Source: Leucoraja erinacea (lineage: Eukaryota). From it: a stretch of DNA of 64,000 nt. Shown here piece by piece: positions 1 through 12,471 of the stretch; position 1 is the first letter of the stretch, and each line of letters begins with the position of its first letter. The notes beneath the pieces are model-generated. The model searched no databases and was not told where the DNA came from. It worked only from the letters and a program-made list of their open reading frames with translations. A program made the translations under genes and the position numbers. The stretch is taken from contig NC_073393.1 of assembly GCF_028641065.1 (NCBI RefSeq), positions 36,146,001-36,210,000 on the forward strand. The letters are read 5' to 3'.

Positions 1-17
1 TAGTGGCATTTCCAGGG

Positions 18-201
18 CCTAATTAACCTACAAACCTGTACGTCTTTGGGATGTGGGAAGAAACTGGAGCGCCCGGAGGAGACACATGCAGTCACAGCAA
101 GAACATGCAAACTTCAGATAGGCAGCACCCAAGGTCAGGATCGAACCCGGGTCTCTGGTGCCGTTGGGCAGCACCTCTACCAGCTGTGCCACCATGCTGC
201 C
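18..201 (-). mobile_element. HE1-type tRNA-derived V-SINE, 5' part
   Basis: Minus strand has A box TGGCACAGCTGG, B box GGTTCGATCC and V-domain-like GTTTGCATGTTCT...TTCCCACATCCCAAAGAC. Confidence 0.85.
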
Positions 202-232
202 TTTATTTCATCGCTGAAAAAAAGAGAGGGCC

Positions 233-980
233 AAACACAAAGTGTGCAGGAACTCTGCGGGTCAGGCAGCATCTGTGGAGAGAATGAACAGAGAATGTTG
301 CAGGTCAGGGCCCTTCTTCAGACTAATAAAAATGGGAGATGGGGGGGAGGGAGAGCTGAAAAGAGGTAGAGACAGGACAAAGCCTGGTGAGCGGCAGGTT
401 GATACAGTTGGGGGGGTGGTGGGGGATTGTCAGTTGGGTGGACAGGAGACAAAGGCTGGAGGTGAACAGGAAACAAAAAGGTGTCAGATAAGGAGAGAAG
501 AGGAGTGAAATGTAAAACCACAGGGAGGGATATGGGTGGAAGGGAAACGCGGAGGGGAAGGAGGGGGATAAAAGGGAAGGGGGGAGCGTTGCTTGAAATT
601 GGAGAGTTGAATATTCTTACCATAGGGTTGTGAACTACCCAAACGGAATATAAGGTGCTGTTCCTCCAGTTCACATGTGGCTTTACGCTGGAAATAGAGG
701 AGGCTAAGGATAGAAAGGTCATTTGTAGGAAGGAACTGCAGATGCTGGCTTACATCGAAGGTAGAGACAAAATGCTAGAGTAACTCAGTGGGACGGGCAG
801 CATCTCTGGATGGAACAAATGGGTCATCCGCTCCAGCATTTTGTGTCAATCTTCAATAGAAAGGTCATTATGGGAATGGGAATGGGAAGGGGAGTTGCAA
901 TCATTGGTAATTGGGCGATCCAACTGGACTTGGTGGGCAGAGGGCAATTTGTTGGCAAAATGGTCACTTAGTGTATGCTT
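233..980 (-). mobile_element. Penelope-like element 3' end (endonuclease C-terminus, 3' UTR, pLTR), interrupted by 724-855
   Basis: Homologous to 55031-55471 and 58219-58665; decayed pLTR CTGAAGAAGGGCCCTGACC near 300-325. Confidence 0.75.
724..855. mobile_element. Short fold-back Penelope pLTR insertion with 14-bp TSD
   Basis: ATAGAAAGGTCATT at 710-723 and 856-869; inverted arms AAAATGCTAGAG / CTCCAGCATTTT. Confidence 0.8.
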
Positions 981-1054
981 AGACGCTTGGTATTTCTGAA
1001 GGCTGGCTTTCCGACTTTCATGCACAAGCTCGGGATAGGAAAGGTTTATAGTAA

Positions 1055-1295
1055 TTTAGTTTAGAGACACATCACGGAAACAAGCCCTTCAGCCAATGTT
1101 TACATTAACCTTGCCAATTTACCTCCCTTTACCTGTATGTCTTTGGAGTGTGGGAGGAAACCGATGATCTCGGAGGAAACCCACGTGGTCACGGGGAGAA
1201 CGTACAAACTCCGTACCGACAGCACCTGTTGGGATCGAACTCGGATCTCCAGCGCTGTAAGGCCGCAACTCTACCGCTGTGCCACTGTGCCGCAC
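1055..1295 (-). mobile_element. HE1-type SINE
   Basis: A/B boxes at the right end, (TTTAG)n tail at the left end. Confidence 0.85.
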
Positions 1296-1989
1296 AGGTA
1301 AAGTAGGTAAGAATTTACAGCAGAGAAACCTTGCATTCAGCCCCACAGGTCTCAGCTCACATCATCCTAACACTGTACGTACCTCTGTATACTTTGCTCT
1401 CCAAGGAATGTATCCCGCAAACAGCATCTCCTAAATTAAGCATGATTAAATCAATAATTCCAGGAGAAACAGCCATAGAAATAGAGGAAACAATCAGGAC
1501 TAGCACAATTGACTATGGAATATCTGCAAAGGCAACAATTTAAGAATAATGGCACAAAAGAACCTAGATTAGATCACAGGAGATAGAAAGACCCATGAGA
1601 GAGATGAAAGAACAATAATTCTTTCATTCTAATGATTTGTGTACAGATTTTGCAATATAAAGCTTCAGTGAACCTTCCAACAAAAAGTTACTGACCTGAA
1701 ATATTAACTCTATTTCCCCACTTAAAGTTTTAATTTGTTCCTTCTTATTTTGACTTATAAAGCATCATAACAAGCAAAATGTCTAAAGTAAATAAGAAAT
1801 CCACATAAGCAATGGACTAAATCTTAAAAACACACAACCATATCTACTCCCCTCTCCTGGGTTTCATAAGTGAAATTTACGAAAAACAGAATTTGAACTT
1901 TTTCAACTTTTCCCAGTGAGATAATTTTTGCTTCGAGAGGGTTTGAACTGGATCGAAAATCATGTTGGTTTAATTTGAACACAAGAAAC

Positions 1990-2113
1990 AAGAAGGGTTT
2001 CGGCCCGAAACGTTGCCTATTTCCTTCGCTCCATAGATACTGCTGCACCCGCTGAGTTTCTCCAGCATTTTTGTCTACCTTCGATTTTCGAGCGTCTGCA
2101 GTTCCTTCTTAAA
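1990..2113 (+). mobile_element. Penelope-like pLTR, second subfamily, truncated within the hammerhead core
   Basis: AGAAGGGTTTCGGCCCGAAACGTTGCC...CTGCAGTTCCTTCTTAAAC. Confidence 0.75.
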
Positions 2114-2489
2114 CTGATACAAGTAAACCTCCGTTTTAATTCTTTACAATAAATATTTCTATTGCACAGCATTAAAATTTACACAAACAAACCTCATGTG
2201 AATTCATTAACTATCTCTTATGATTATTTTTGTAAAGTTTCTGTCTTTTTCACTGAGAACATATTTTGCCAAATAGGGACAAATTGATACTACTTCAAAA
2301 TGAGTAAAGATAGATCTATATAAGTTATGGCCACTAATCTATGTTTAGCTCTCTGTCTAAACATAGACCAGAGAACTGAATTTCTGAAATGAGGCAAAAA
2401 TGTGTTCCTTGTCATTAAGGCAATATTTGATGCATTGATCATACTTTGATTACTTATCCTTGATACTTAGTCCATTGATATCAACATTA

Positions 2490-3025
2490 CCATTGTCATC
2501 TACCACACTATCTACATCCTGAGGGCCAAGGACAAGTCGCACCTTGGCCACTCCCTCTTCTCCCCTCTCCCATCGGGCAAAATGTATAGACGTGCGAAAA
2601 CGTGCACCTCCAGATTCAGGAAAACTGTTTCTTTTTTTTTTTTTTTTTTTATTAGAAGTAAGCACAGTCATATGGCACCAAAGTGCCTAATATATATTTT
2701 CATAATACATTTTATGTACAACTTCTTTTTTTTTTTGTTACATTGAAAAAAGATGAGAATAAGAAAAAGAGGTTAGATAGTAAAGGATAGAAAAATGTGA
2801 AATATATAGTGTGTGAAGAAAGAAAACGAGTAAATGAAGAAAGTTGAGAGAGAAAATAGTGAAAAGAAAAGGAGATCATTATTTATAGTCTTGACCAACT
2901 GTTTCTTTCCGGCTGTTATCAGGCAACTGAACCATTCTACCACAACTAGAGAATAATCCTGAAGAACTATCTACCTCATTGGAGTCCCTTGGACTATATT
3001 TGAGTGGACTTTACTGGTGTATCTT
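2490..3025 (+). mobile_element. Rex1/Babar LINE 3' fragment split by an L1 insertion
   Basis: Translates GHSLFSPLPSGKMYR...TSRFR..CFFPAVIRQLN across the insertion. Confidence 0.75.
2635..2896 (-). mobile_element. 5'-truncated L1 (3' UTR plus poly-A) with ~12-bp TSD
   Basis: Reverse complement matches 18680-18960; AACTGTTTCTTT at 2623-2634 and 2897-2908. Confidence 0.85.
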
Positions 3026-3069
3026 GCACAAGTCAGCAAACATATATCCTGTGGCTTGAAACTCACCTC

Positions 3070-3680
3070 CGAACACCCCAATGTCTTTTCACCATCTACA
3101 AGGCACATGTTGGGAACACAATGGAATATCTACAATCGTCTGATGCAGTATACCGCAGGCTTCAGTGCTGGGACCGTTGTTGTTACTCATATATATCTAA
3201 ATGACTACAATGAGATTGTATGTGGAGAGATTAGTAAGTCTGATGATAAATCAAAAGTAGGTTGAGTGGTACTGTAAATAACGAAGAGAGTAGAGAGAGG
3301 ATGAGGGGCATAAATCATTTGGGAAGTTGGGTGGAGGGATGGCAGATGGAATTAAATCCAAACTAAGTGTAATTTCATGCATGCTGGGATGTCAGATACT
3401 GCGAGGACCTTTACAATAAATGGAAGGGTCTTCAGAAGTGCTGATGTATGGCGACACCTTGGGGATGCAAGTTGATCACTCCGTGGAAATGATGATTCGG
3501 GATGGGGGAATCAAGAAGGCTTCAGGCATGCTCACCATTGACTGCCTTGACGAGCTGCACAAAACACTGGTCGGCCTGCACTTGGAGCACAATTCTGGTT
3601 GCCAGGCTACAGGAAAGGTGTGGTAGCAGGAGAAAAAGTGCAAACAATTTACCATGATGCTGGCCGGAGTAGAGGGCTTT
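3070..3680 (+). mobile_element. Highly decayed CR1/HER1 LINE ORF2 fragments
   Basis: Remnants of WQMELN, LHKTLVGLHLEH and FTMMLAG motifs. Confidence 0.55.
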
Positions 3681-3682
3681 AC

Positions 3683-3935
3683 TTCAGTTTAGTTTTAGAG
3701 ATACAGCATGGAAACAGGCCCTTCAGTCCACCAATTCCGCACCGACCTCCCCACATATTAACACTATTATACACACACTAGCGGTAATTTTTACATTCAC
3801 CAAGCCAAATTCCCTACATACCTGTTCATCTTTGGAGTGTGGTAGGAAACCGAAGATCACAGAGAAAACCCGCGCAGGCCACAGGGAGAACATACAAACT
3901 CCATACAGACAGCACCCGTAGTCAGGATCGAACTC
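3683..3935 (-). mobile_element. HE1-type SINE
   Basis: TTTAG tail, GGAAACAGGCCCTTC, B box (GGATCGAAC on the + strand). Confidence 0.8.
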
Positions 3936-3939
3936 AGGG

Positions 3940-5215
3940 GGGAAGGGGGAGAAAGAGAAGGTGGGAAGCCTCCCTGGCAGCAGAGATCTCCTGGCATTGG
4001 GACAAACCCTAGACCACTAGCTCCATGATGGACCACTAAGGGCGCCGCACGATTGGTAGCCCCGGCAACAGTCTGTTTTTTCGTCTTTTAAAATTGTTTT
4101 AGTGTGTGTTAAAAGTCTGTGTAAATGTTCTCCGGTTTGTTTTTTGTGGGAGAGGGGGAGGGTGCATGGGGAAACTGTTTTTTCCAGTCTCTTACCCTGT
4201 CGGAGATGCGATTAATCTTCGGGTCGCATCTCTGGTCGCTCTGCGGCCTACTATCGATGGAGCTGGAGGCCTCCTCAGACTGACTTGAGCCCCTCCGCAG
4301 GGCATGGACTTACATCGGGGCCGATCCCTTGCCTGGGATCGCTCCAATCGCGGCCTGCGGACTTTAAATCGAGAGCTCGCAGTCTCAGGAGAGGCCGTGT
4401 ATGTCGGGATGCTCCAACGACGCAGAGGCTCGACCAGCCCCGACACGGGGTTCGATCTTCTGATGCGGGGGAGCTGACATCCCCCCTATGCAGGTGCTGA
4501 TCGCCCCGTCGAGGAGAGCCCAAACGCCGCCGGCTACGGGAGTCAAGATCGTCCCGTCATCGGAGAGCTCGAGGCAGAGGAGAGCCCACAGGAGAGCAAA
4601 GAAGGGAAGAGTTTTTAACTTTTTTTTACGCCTTCCATCACAGTTGGGAAAGTTTAAATTAAAATGTGTTTTGTGTGTTCGGTTGCTTTTTATTTGTATG
4701 ACTGACTTGGCAAATGAAATTCCTCGTTGTTGCAAAACATACTTGGCTAATAAAGTATTATTGTGATTATGATTGTGATTGTGAGACTAGGCCGCCTGGA
4801 AGAAGCACTAGACAGCCACCGCCTCTACTGAGGCAGAGTGAGTAGCAGGGGCACGCTTGAGACACCAGTGTCTCTTCCTGCCCATGGACAATGAGGGGCT
4901 GTGCCCACACACAGAGGCAAAGATTGAGCCACCAGGATAAGTCTGAGACCGCCAGCACCTCATCTGGAGGCAAGGGTGAACTGCAGGGAGAAGTCTATGA
5001 TCACCACGCCTCCTCCTTATAGAAACCAGGACTCAGCTGCCAGGACAAGCCTGAGATTATCAGTGTCACCTTGCGTGTGCTCTGACAAAGAGAGACAGCG
5101 CCCACATCTGGTACTGGACTGTATCCGTTCTTGTCACAGTCAATAAAGATTCCATGTGCTTTCACCCTCTACAGTGGGTGTCGGGGTGGTCACTGCCGAA
5201 CCCGGCATCATCTCC
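3940..5215 (+). mobile_element. Possible solo/truncated LTR interrupted by 4021-4784
   Basis: TATA-like CTTATAGAAA ~5016, AATAAA ~5142, CA-ending U5-like segment; no partner LTR seen. Confidence 0.3.
4021..4784 (+). mobile_element. GC-rich non-coding non-autonomous retroelement with Rex1-type tail (copy A)
   Basis: Colinear with the reverse complement of 28844-29608; AATAAA plus (TGAT/GATTGT)n tail. Confidence 0.75.
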
Positions 5216-5329
5216 AATGCCAGAGACACTATGCAGCCAAATGGGATAGCATAGCATCATGGTTAGTATGGAAGTGGGCTGAAGGGCCTGTTTCTGTGCT
5301 GTGAAACTCTATAACTCTGTGAGTGCAGC

Positions 5330-5560
5330 GCTAACTAACAACTCTTACGAGGCTTGACACCACCCAGGAAAGGCAGTCTGCGTGTCTGGTGTCCCATTCA
5401 ACCACCCTAAACATTGATCCCCTTCACCATTGCTGCACAAGAGCCCTGCGGGAGTACCTTCACCAGAAGAAATGCAGCATTTTCTGAAGCAGGCTCACTC
5501 AACACCTTATCAAGAGCAATTGGGGATAGGAAATAAATGCTGGCATTAATTGACATCTTG
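5330..5560 (+). mobile_element. Old CR1-clade LINE 3' end of the type sharing its tail with Deu-domain SINEs
   Basis: RLDTTQ..A..LNIDPLHH remnant; tail CAATTGGGGATAGGAAATAAATGCTGGC; related minus copy ~47930-48130. Confidence 0.5.
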
Positions 5561-5647
5561 GAGGGAATGTGTATGTAAAACAGCCCCTTCACTTGAACGT
5601 TTGAAGACGATTTATTGAGTTCACCTTGAATAACCCCTACTGTGCAG

Positions 5648-6103
5648 TGTCTACCATTCAGTGGTGGTCAGTGCTCTGTTTTTTGCTGTGGCCTGTTGGG
5701 GGAGAAGGCGCCCGAATAGCGGACAAAAACAGACTGGATAAGCTGAACAGGAAGGTCGGCTCAGTGGTTGGGGCAGAGCAACTAACGGTCAAGCAGGTGG
5801 CAGAGGCCAGAACTCTGAAAAAACTAGGCTCAATAATGACCAACCCCACTCACCCACTCCACGCCCTGAAGGTGATCAAGTGCAGCATCTTCAGTCAGAG
5901 ACTGATTGCACCAATGTGCAAAACGGAGAGACATAGGAAGTCTTGTATACCAGCTGCTATAAGGTTTTATAATGCACAAAAATTTTAACTTATTATGTAT
6001 TGAAGATATCTGTTGAAATGTGTGGTGTTATGTCTGTCTTGAAGCTGTTGTGGCACTGTAATTTCCTGTAAAGGATTATTAAAGGTTATTCTATTCTATT
6101 CTA
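5648..6103 (+). mobile_element. Rex1/Babar LINE 3' end
   Basis: ORF 5626-5988 DKNRLDKLNRKVGSVVG...PTHPLH...CKTERHRKSCIPAAIRFYN; (ATTCT)n tail. Confidence 0.9.
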
Positions 6104-7889
6104 ATACTCTGTGTGTTCTGAGATGGAGCAGAACATAGGCCCATTAATTTCCAGTAATTCTGACTGCTGGAAATCACATCCACGCCAAATCTAACACTTA
6201 CCATAGCCTCACACATTTAAACTTGCAGTCAGTGATTATAATATTCATTTGCGTCTTCTTACCTAAAGTACCCCATCACCAACAAATCTGCCACCCTGAT
6301 TTTCGTAAACCAAATGAATACATAGCAGCCTATAATCTTTCCTCCAAATCTACCGCCTGGTTTCAGAAGAGTTGGTGCATTTACTGGCTTGTGAATGAAA
6401 TTTGTGGCTTGCTTTTGTGAACATTTCTGTTGGAGACCTAGGCGTACACAAAGTTATGACCTTCAATCATTCTGAATTAATCAGGAGCAGTGGCTGATTG
6501 AAGTTTCATATTGCAGAAATCTGTATTCAAATCACCTCACTCAACAAGAGGAAAGATAATACATTCTGCAAAGCAGTGGTTGCTCATTTGGTTGCCTGTG
6601 TTTAAAAAAAAAAATGACGATTTTGTCTTATTTCTTAATTCCCCTGATGAGTTGCTTGCAAAAGTATTTAAATTGGAGGAGAAAAAGAAGTACTGTTAGC
6701 AAGGTCAAGAAATGAAGGGAGGGGCACATACTTTAATTTCTTGCACTTTTTCGCAAGGTAGAATTCAAAATTTGGCTGTCATTTGCAGTTTCTGTGTGGG
6801 AGAGCTGGGAATTATTCCCAAATGCAAGGGCCATACTCTCTGCTAAATCCATCATTTATAATACATCCTGTAGATGCTAGTTATAACATTAAATTTTGCA
6901 TTCTTCCAACAGGTCTTTGTGAAACAAACCAGCATCGCTTCTGGTAGCAAATCATAACATATAAGGTCTCTATTACTTGGCATACAATATGAGCCATGAT
7001 TACACATTCTTAACATTTCATTATACTACCCCGCCCTGGATTAAACATTTGAATGTTCCATTGCATGTAATTCAGATGAATATAACATATTTCTGATAAG
7101 ATAAAACAGAAATTGGCAGGGCCAATTTGATTGACATTTTATGTTTATTCAGACAATATTTAAAAGTTAGTAAAATGTTATCCCAAATTTGCTGTTTTAT
7201 CATGTTTATAGTCCAGATGACTATGTTATTGTTGCCTTACTAAACTAGTAATGCAAACCAGCTGTGCATCTTAGCAAAGAGCTTTTCTAATCCTGACAAC
7301 CTGTTTATTTTGGCTCGTTTACTTGGGGAAACATCACTGAAATAGGATCACTAGAACTACTGCACATGCAAACACATTTGTCGGGGAAGAATTGGCGTTA
7401 AGTGTTTACATTACTGCCCATGCAAAGTGAATGTGAACCTGTTTTGCTATTTTGCATATACTACCATATAAGCATATATTTTTTAAGAAGTTAAGATAGA
7501 TGAGGGAACATAAACAAACCAATGTGCATCTGGTCTCCACACTATCGCAGCACTCATGGGTGACAACATTAAGTAGTATAGGAGGAATTGGGTGAGACAT
7601 AACAAAGTACTTTGAGCAGAAGATATTGGTAGAGATAATAGATTTCCATAGAAGCATTTACATCCTTAAGTATTGCATGTCACTATTTTTTTTGAATGGA
7701 AATCAGCTGAAGAGAAGGTCTACTCCAAGATACTCTGAAAATAGAAAATAGAAATTAATAGAAGTGAATACGGTCCATGATGTCAAGCAATAAGGATTCT
7801 GATTCATATTGGTTAGCCTGATTGATTTTCATGCAAGTTGGCTCTTCACACATTCTTTTACAAGCCCAGAGACCTCCAACAGCTACCGA

Positions 7890-9100
7890 GATTCCTCTCA
7901 CCAAACTCATCACCAAGTTCCATGCCTGGAATAAAAAGGAACTGCAGATGCTGGTTTATGCCAAAGATAGACACAAAATGCTGGAGTAACTCAGTGGGTC
8001 AGGCAGCGTCTTTGGAGAAAATGGATAGGCGACGTTTTGGGTCGGGACCCTTCTTCAGGTATCCAATACCTATCAGTGACAATATCTCCTCCTCACTGAC
8101 CATTGATGCAAGTGCACCTCAAGGCTGTCTGCTTAGGCCACTGCCTTATTCTCTTTACACCCACAGCTCCAATGCCATCTACAAATTTGATGATGACACA
8201 GCAGTGGTTGGCCAAATCGCTGATTAAAGGAGAGCAATAGAGCATCTGGTTGAGTGGTGCTGAAACAACATCCACTCATTCGACATCAACAAAATCAAAG
8301 AACTAATCGTTGCCTTCTGAGGAAAAAGTCAGGAAATCACGTGCCAGCTTTCATAGGGAGGACAGTGCTGGAGAGAATTATCTGCTTCAACTTCCTGGGT
8401 TCTAACGTACACGATGACCTATCCTGGGCCCAGCATGTTGACATAGTCATGGAGAAGGCACACCAGCTGCACTTCTTTCCTAGACGTTTAAAGAGAATTG
8501 GTCTCGGAATACTCTTAAAAACATTTGCAGATGTTCTGTGGAAAGTATTCGGACTGGTTGCATCATGGCCTGGTGTGGCAATTCCAATGCACAAGATCCA
8601 AGAGGCTGCAGAGAGTGAGTGGTGCACTCAGCCTGGTCCAAAATGGGCACAGCCCTCTCCGCCATCAAAAGCATCTACAGGAGACGACATCAGGAAAGCG
8701 ACATCTATCATCAAGGAGCCCCACTATCCGAGCCATGCCCTCTCCTCACTGCCACCATAGAGCAGGAGGTACACTAACTTGAAGTCACACACCACCAGGT
8801 TTAGCAACAGCTACTTTCCCACAACTATCAAGTTCTTGACAATCCTGCGCAGCCCAAATCCTGCTTTGACAATGGAATACGGCAGATCACCTTTTACGCC
8901 TACTTGGACTTGGGATTTTTTCTAATTGGTTTGGCACTAATATCTTGTTTTCTGCACAATCTTTTTACAGTCTTGCAGAATTTTACATGTAATTTACGTA
9001 TAATTAATAGTTTGTGTGTTCGTCTGACTATATGTGTGGATGATGCTGCTGCAAGGAAGGTTTCCATTGTAAGTATACCTCACGTACTTGTGCATATAAC
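7890..9100 (+). mobile_element. Decayed Rex1/Babar LINE (RT domain to 3' UTR)
   Basis: APQGCLL.PL.YSLYTH, YKFDDDTAVVG, FLG...DDLSWAQH, SIIKEPHYPSHAL. Confidence 0.85.
7935..8058 (-). mobile_element. Penelope-like pLTR inserted in Rex1
   Basis: GGAACTGCAGATGCTGG...GGGTCGGGACCCTTCTTCAG. Confidence 0.8.
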
Positions 9101-10096
9101 AGTAGCTGGACTTTACTTGCTCCTGCCTCCTGTAAGGACACATTCCTGGTTCCCAGATGCATTTCAAAGATGAGGCCTTCCACTCTGGTGCCTGGGGAAT
9201 GTTTCGGAATCATAAAAAAGCATGGAAAAGGATATTTGGCCAAAGGTATGCATCAGTAGGCAGCCTTCTGTATCAACTCCATCATCTGTTATGGTTCATA
9301 GCCTGCTTAAGCAATACAAGTGCTCATCTAGATACTTCTTAAACCCTGTCCCTGACACAGGTTTTTAGATTGTGATTTTGTTTTTCTTTTTCCACGGATA
9401 CTGCTGGACGGGCTGATTTCTTCCGGTATTTCTGTTTTTCATTTCAGGTACCAACATCTGGAGTTTTATTTGTTTTCCTTACACACTATGTTCGCTGCTG
9501 GCATTTTATTTTTAATGCATGCATGTTATAATTTTTGTAAGTTCAAAAGCATTGACGACGGCATTAAGCTCCCAAATAATCTACAATAAAGCATACCCAG
9601 GGAGCTCCGTTGTAATAAAGTAGATGAAAAGGCCATCACCTTGACTTTGTGCAAGATCTCTCCCGATCTTCCACTTCACCAGTTTCACTGGTTTTAATAA
9701 AAACCCTTTTTATAGTTTACGTGGGAGACCTTGCCAACTTGAAGTGAAAATGAAAAACTGCAGATGCTTGAAGTCTGAAACTAAAACAGAAAAAACTGGA
9801 AACACTCAGCAGGTCAATCAGCCTAAGGAGAAATAGGATAAAGCCCCAGTTCCAAACCCCACTGTTTGAGGAAGGGTCTTGGATATGGGATATTAAATCT
9901 ATGTATCTTTCCACAGAGCACAAAATGAAGGGTCCCGACCTGAAATATCACATATCCAAGTTCTCCTATGTTATTACCCATCACGAGTTATCTACCGAGT
10001 TACTCCAGCAATATCTTTTTTTTATTCTCTTTCCACAGATTCTGAGGTTTTTTGAGCATTTTCTGATTTTAATTCCAGTGCAATTATGGCAAGTGT

Positions 10097-10412
10097 GGAA
10101 GATACATCCTCTAGATGCGCTGGGACCATCCTCAGTGATGTGACCTGGGGTCATTAGGTGTTTCGGGTCTCACAACATCAGACACCCTCGCCCAGGCAAC
10201 CCAGCCGGGGTTGATCAAGCCCCGACTTGTGTCCCAGCAGCAACCGCCCACGGATCAGCCCTCTTAAACTAAAGCCACCTAATGGCTTTATCTGCGGCTT
10301 TGCTAGTGGATTGAATGGCCCTTCTTTGCCAGCCCCGTACTGCCCAAATGGTTGAGGACTTTGCAGAGTGAGCGTCCTGCAAAGCCTCTACAGCCCACCT
10401 CTATGGACCCAA
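10097..10412 (-). mobile_element. HERO-type (restriction-like endonuclease) non-LTR retrotransposon 3' end
   Basis: Minus-strand IEVGCRGFAGRSLCKVLNHLG, then AADKAIRWL*FKRADPW, then structured 3' UTR. Confidence 0.75.
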
Positions 10413-10926
10413 TTATGGCAAGAAATGAGATGAATACAGTGAAATCTTTTCCCCAAGACAGAAGACTATTTGTATCATCACTGAAACGTACAAATACATT
10501 CAAGGAGGTATTGCATCAATGGAGAGCATGAGGGGTTCAAAGCCGACATGGTAAAGGGGAGTGGGGATCATAATTATAAATTATCCAGGGGACCATGGAA
10601 AGAGAGCAAATGGTGACCAAACCTATGATGAAGTAGATTGAGGAAAATGAGGGAAGAGGAATGAATAGAACTTCTCTCATCTTTTAAAAGTGAGACAGAG
10701 TTCGAGGTCTGCATGTTTCCATTGGGACAAGACAAGCAAGGAACCATGAAAGACAAGAGATATTGAGGCTCTGGTCAGAAAAGAAAATACATGGATCTGG
10801 TATAGGCAGCTGGGAACAAATTGAATCATTGGAGGATTATATTGGATGCAGGAGTCTGCTTAAGAAGGAAACTATGAGGCCAAAAAAGGGCATGAGATAG
10901 AGTGATACACTGTTAGTGTCATCGTG

Positions 10927-11532
10927 TCATAGAGTCATAGAGTGATACAGTGTGGAAAACTGTCTCTTCATCCCAACTTGCCCAAACCGGCCAACATGTC
11001 CCAGCTACATTAGCCCCATCTGCCTGCGCTTGGTCCATATCCCTCCAAACCTGTCCTATCCATATACCTGTCAAACTTTCTTAAACATTGGGATAGTCCC
11101 AGCTGCAAATACCTCTTATGGCAGCTTGTTCCATACACTCATCACCCTTTGTATGAAATAGATCCCCCTCAGACTCCTATTAAAACTTTTCCCCTTCGCC
11201 TTAAACCTATCTCCTCTGGTCCTTGATCACCTACTCTGGGCAAGAGACTCGGTGCATCTACCCAATCTATTCCTCTCATGATTTTATACACCTCTATAAG
11301 ATCACCTCTCATCCTCCTGCGCTCCAAGGAATAAAGTCACAGCCTACTCAATCTCTCCCTATAGCTCAGACCCTCTAGTCATAGCAACATCCTCATGAAT
11401 TTTCTCTGTACCCTTTCCAGCTTGACAACATCTTTCCTATAACATGGTGCCCAGAATGGAACACAATACGCTAAATGCAACCTCACCAACATCTTATACA
11501 ACTGCAACATGACCTCCCAACTTCTATACTCA
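10927..11532 (-). mobile_element. CR1/HER1 LINE 3' end
   Basis: (CATAGAGT)n tail on the + strand; homologous to 28709, 54356 and 60416 copies. Confidence 0.85.
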
Positions 11533-11632
11533 AAAAATAAGTGCCCAACATGATAGTTTGGACAAAGATTAAGAGGAATCCAAAGATGTTTTATGTATAT
11601 TAAGGGTAAAAGAGTAACCGCGGGGAGAATAA

Positions 11633-12471
11633 AGGGCCTGTCCCACTTACGTGACCTGTACAGGCGACTGCCGGCACCTGTGATAGGTCGCCAAAATCTT
11701 CAACATGTTGAAAATTCAGCAGTGACCAGAAAGACGCTATGACTGTTTGGAGACGTCTCACGACCATAGGAGACCCCTCATGACTATACAGCCTGTATGG
11801 TCATGAGAGGTCGCCTTTGGTCGTCAGAGTCAGAGTCAGAGTCAATTTAATTGTCATTTGGACCCCTGGAGGTCCAAACGAAATGCCGTTTCTGCAGCCA
11901 TACAATTACACACAAATAGACCCCAGACACAACATAATTACATTTAACATAAACATCCATCACATAGCTGTGATGGAAGGCCAAATAAACGTATCTCTCC
12001 ACTGCACTCTCCCGCCCCCCGATGTCAGAGTCAAAGTCATAGCCCCCGGCTGGCGATGGCGATTGTCCCGCGGCCATTAAAGCCACGCCGGGTGGTGCGA
12101 GGTCGCACACCGGGTCTTGGTGTTAGAGCCCCCGGTGTGCGCTCGCAGAGTCCGCGGCCATTCCAGCCGCGCGGGGCAGTGGTGTCAGGCCCCGCTCCAG
12201 GAGCTCTTCAACCCCGCAACTCGGGCGGGAGAATTCGCCGTTGCAGGAGCCCTGAGAAGCGGTCTCCCTCCAGGGAGCCGTGGGCTCCCGGTGCCGTCGT
12301 CCACAGACCCGTCGTTGGAGCCTCCGGCTCTCCGGTAGCAGCAGCAGCAGCGCTCCAGCAGCAGCAGATCTCCAAAGAGTTGTAGCGTCTTTCCGTTCGC
12401 CGCTGAATTTTCAACATGTTCAATGGGTGCTGGCAGTCGCATGTAAAACTCGCGTAAGTGGGACAGGCCCT
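11633..12471. mobile_element. Non-autonomous PIF/Harbinger element
   Basis: TIR AGGGCCTGTCCCACTTAC / GTAAGTGGGACAGGCCCT; TAA TSD at 11630-11632 and 12472-12474; long internal inverted repeat. Confidence 0.9.
11826..12369 (-). mobile_element. GC-rich Rex1-tailed non-autonomous retroelement (copy B) nested in Harbinger
   Basis: Minus-strand tail CATTTCGTTTGGACCTCCAGGGGTCCAAATGACAATTAAA(TGACTC)n; shares the CCATCACAG hairpin with other copies. Confidence 0.7.

Noticed and set aside
100-201. tRNA gene
   Set aside because: The A/B boxes belong to a SINE head that continues into the V-domain; no full cloverleaf
10150-10195. Hammerhead-like CTGATG...GAAAC in the HERO 3' UTR (minus strand)
   Set aside because: Core reads CTGATGT, there is no stem II, and the flanks pair as a simple hairpin
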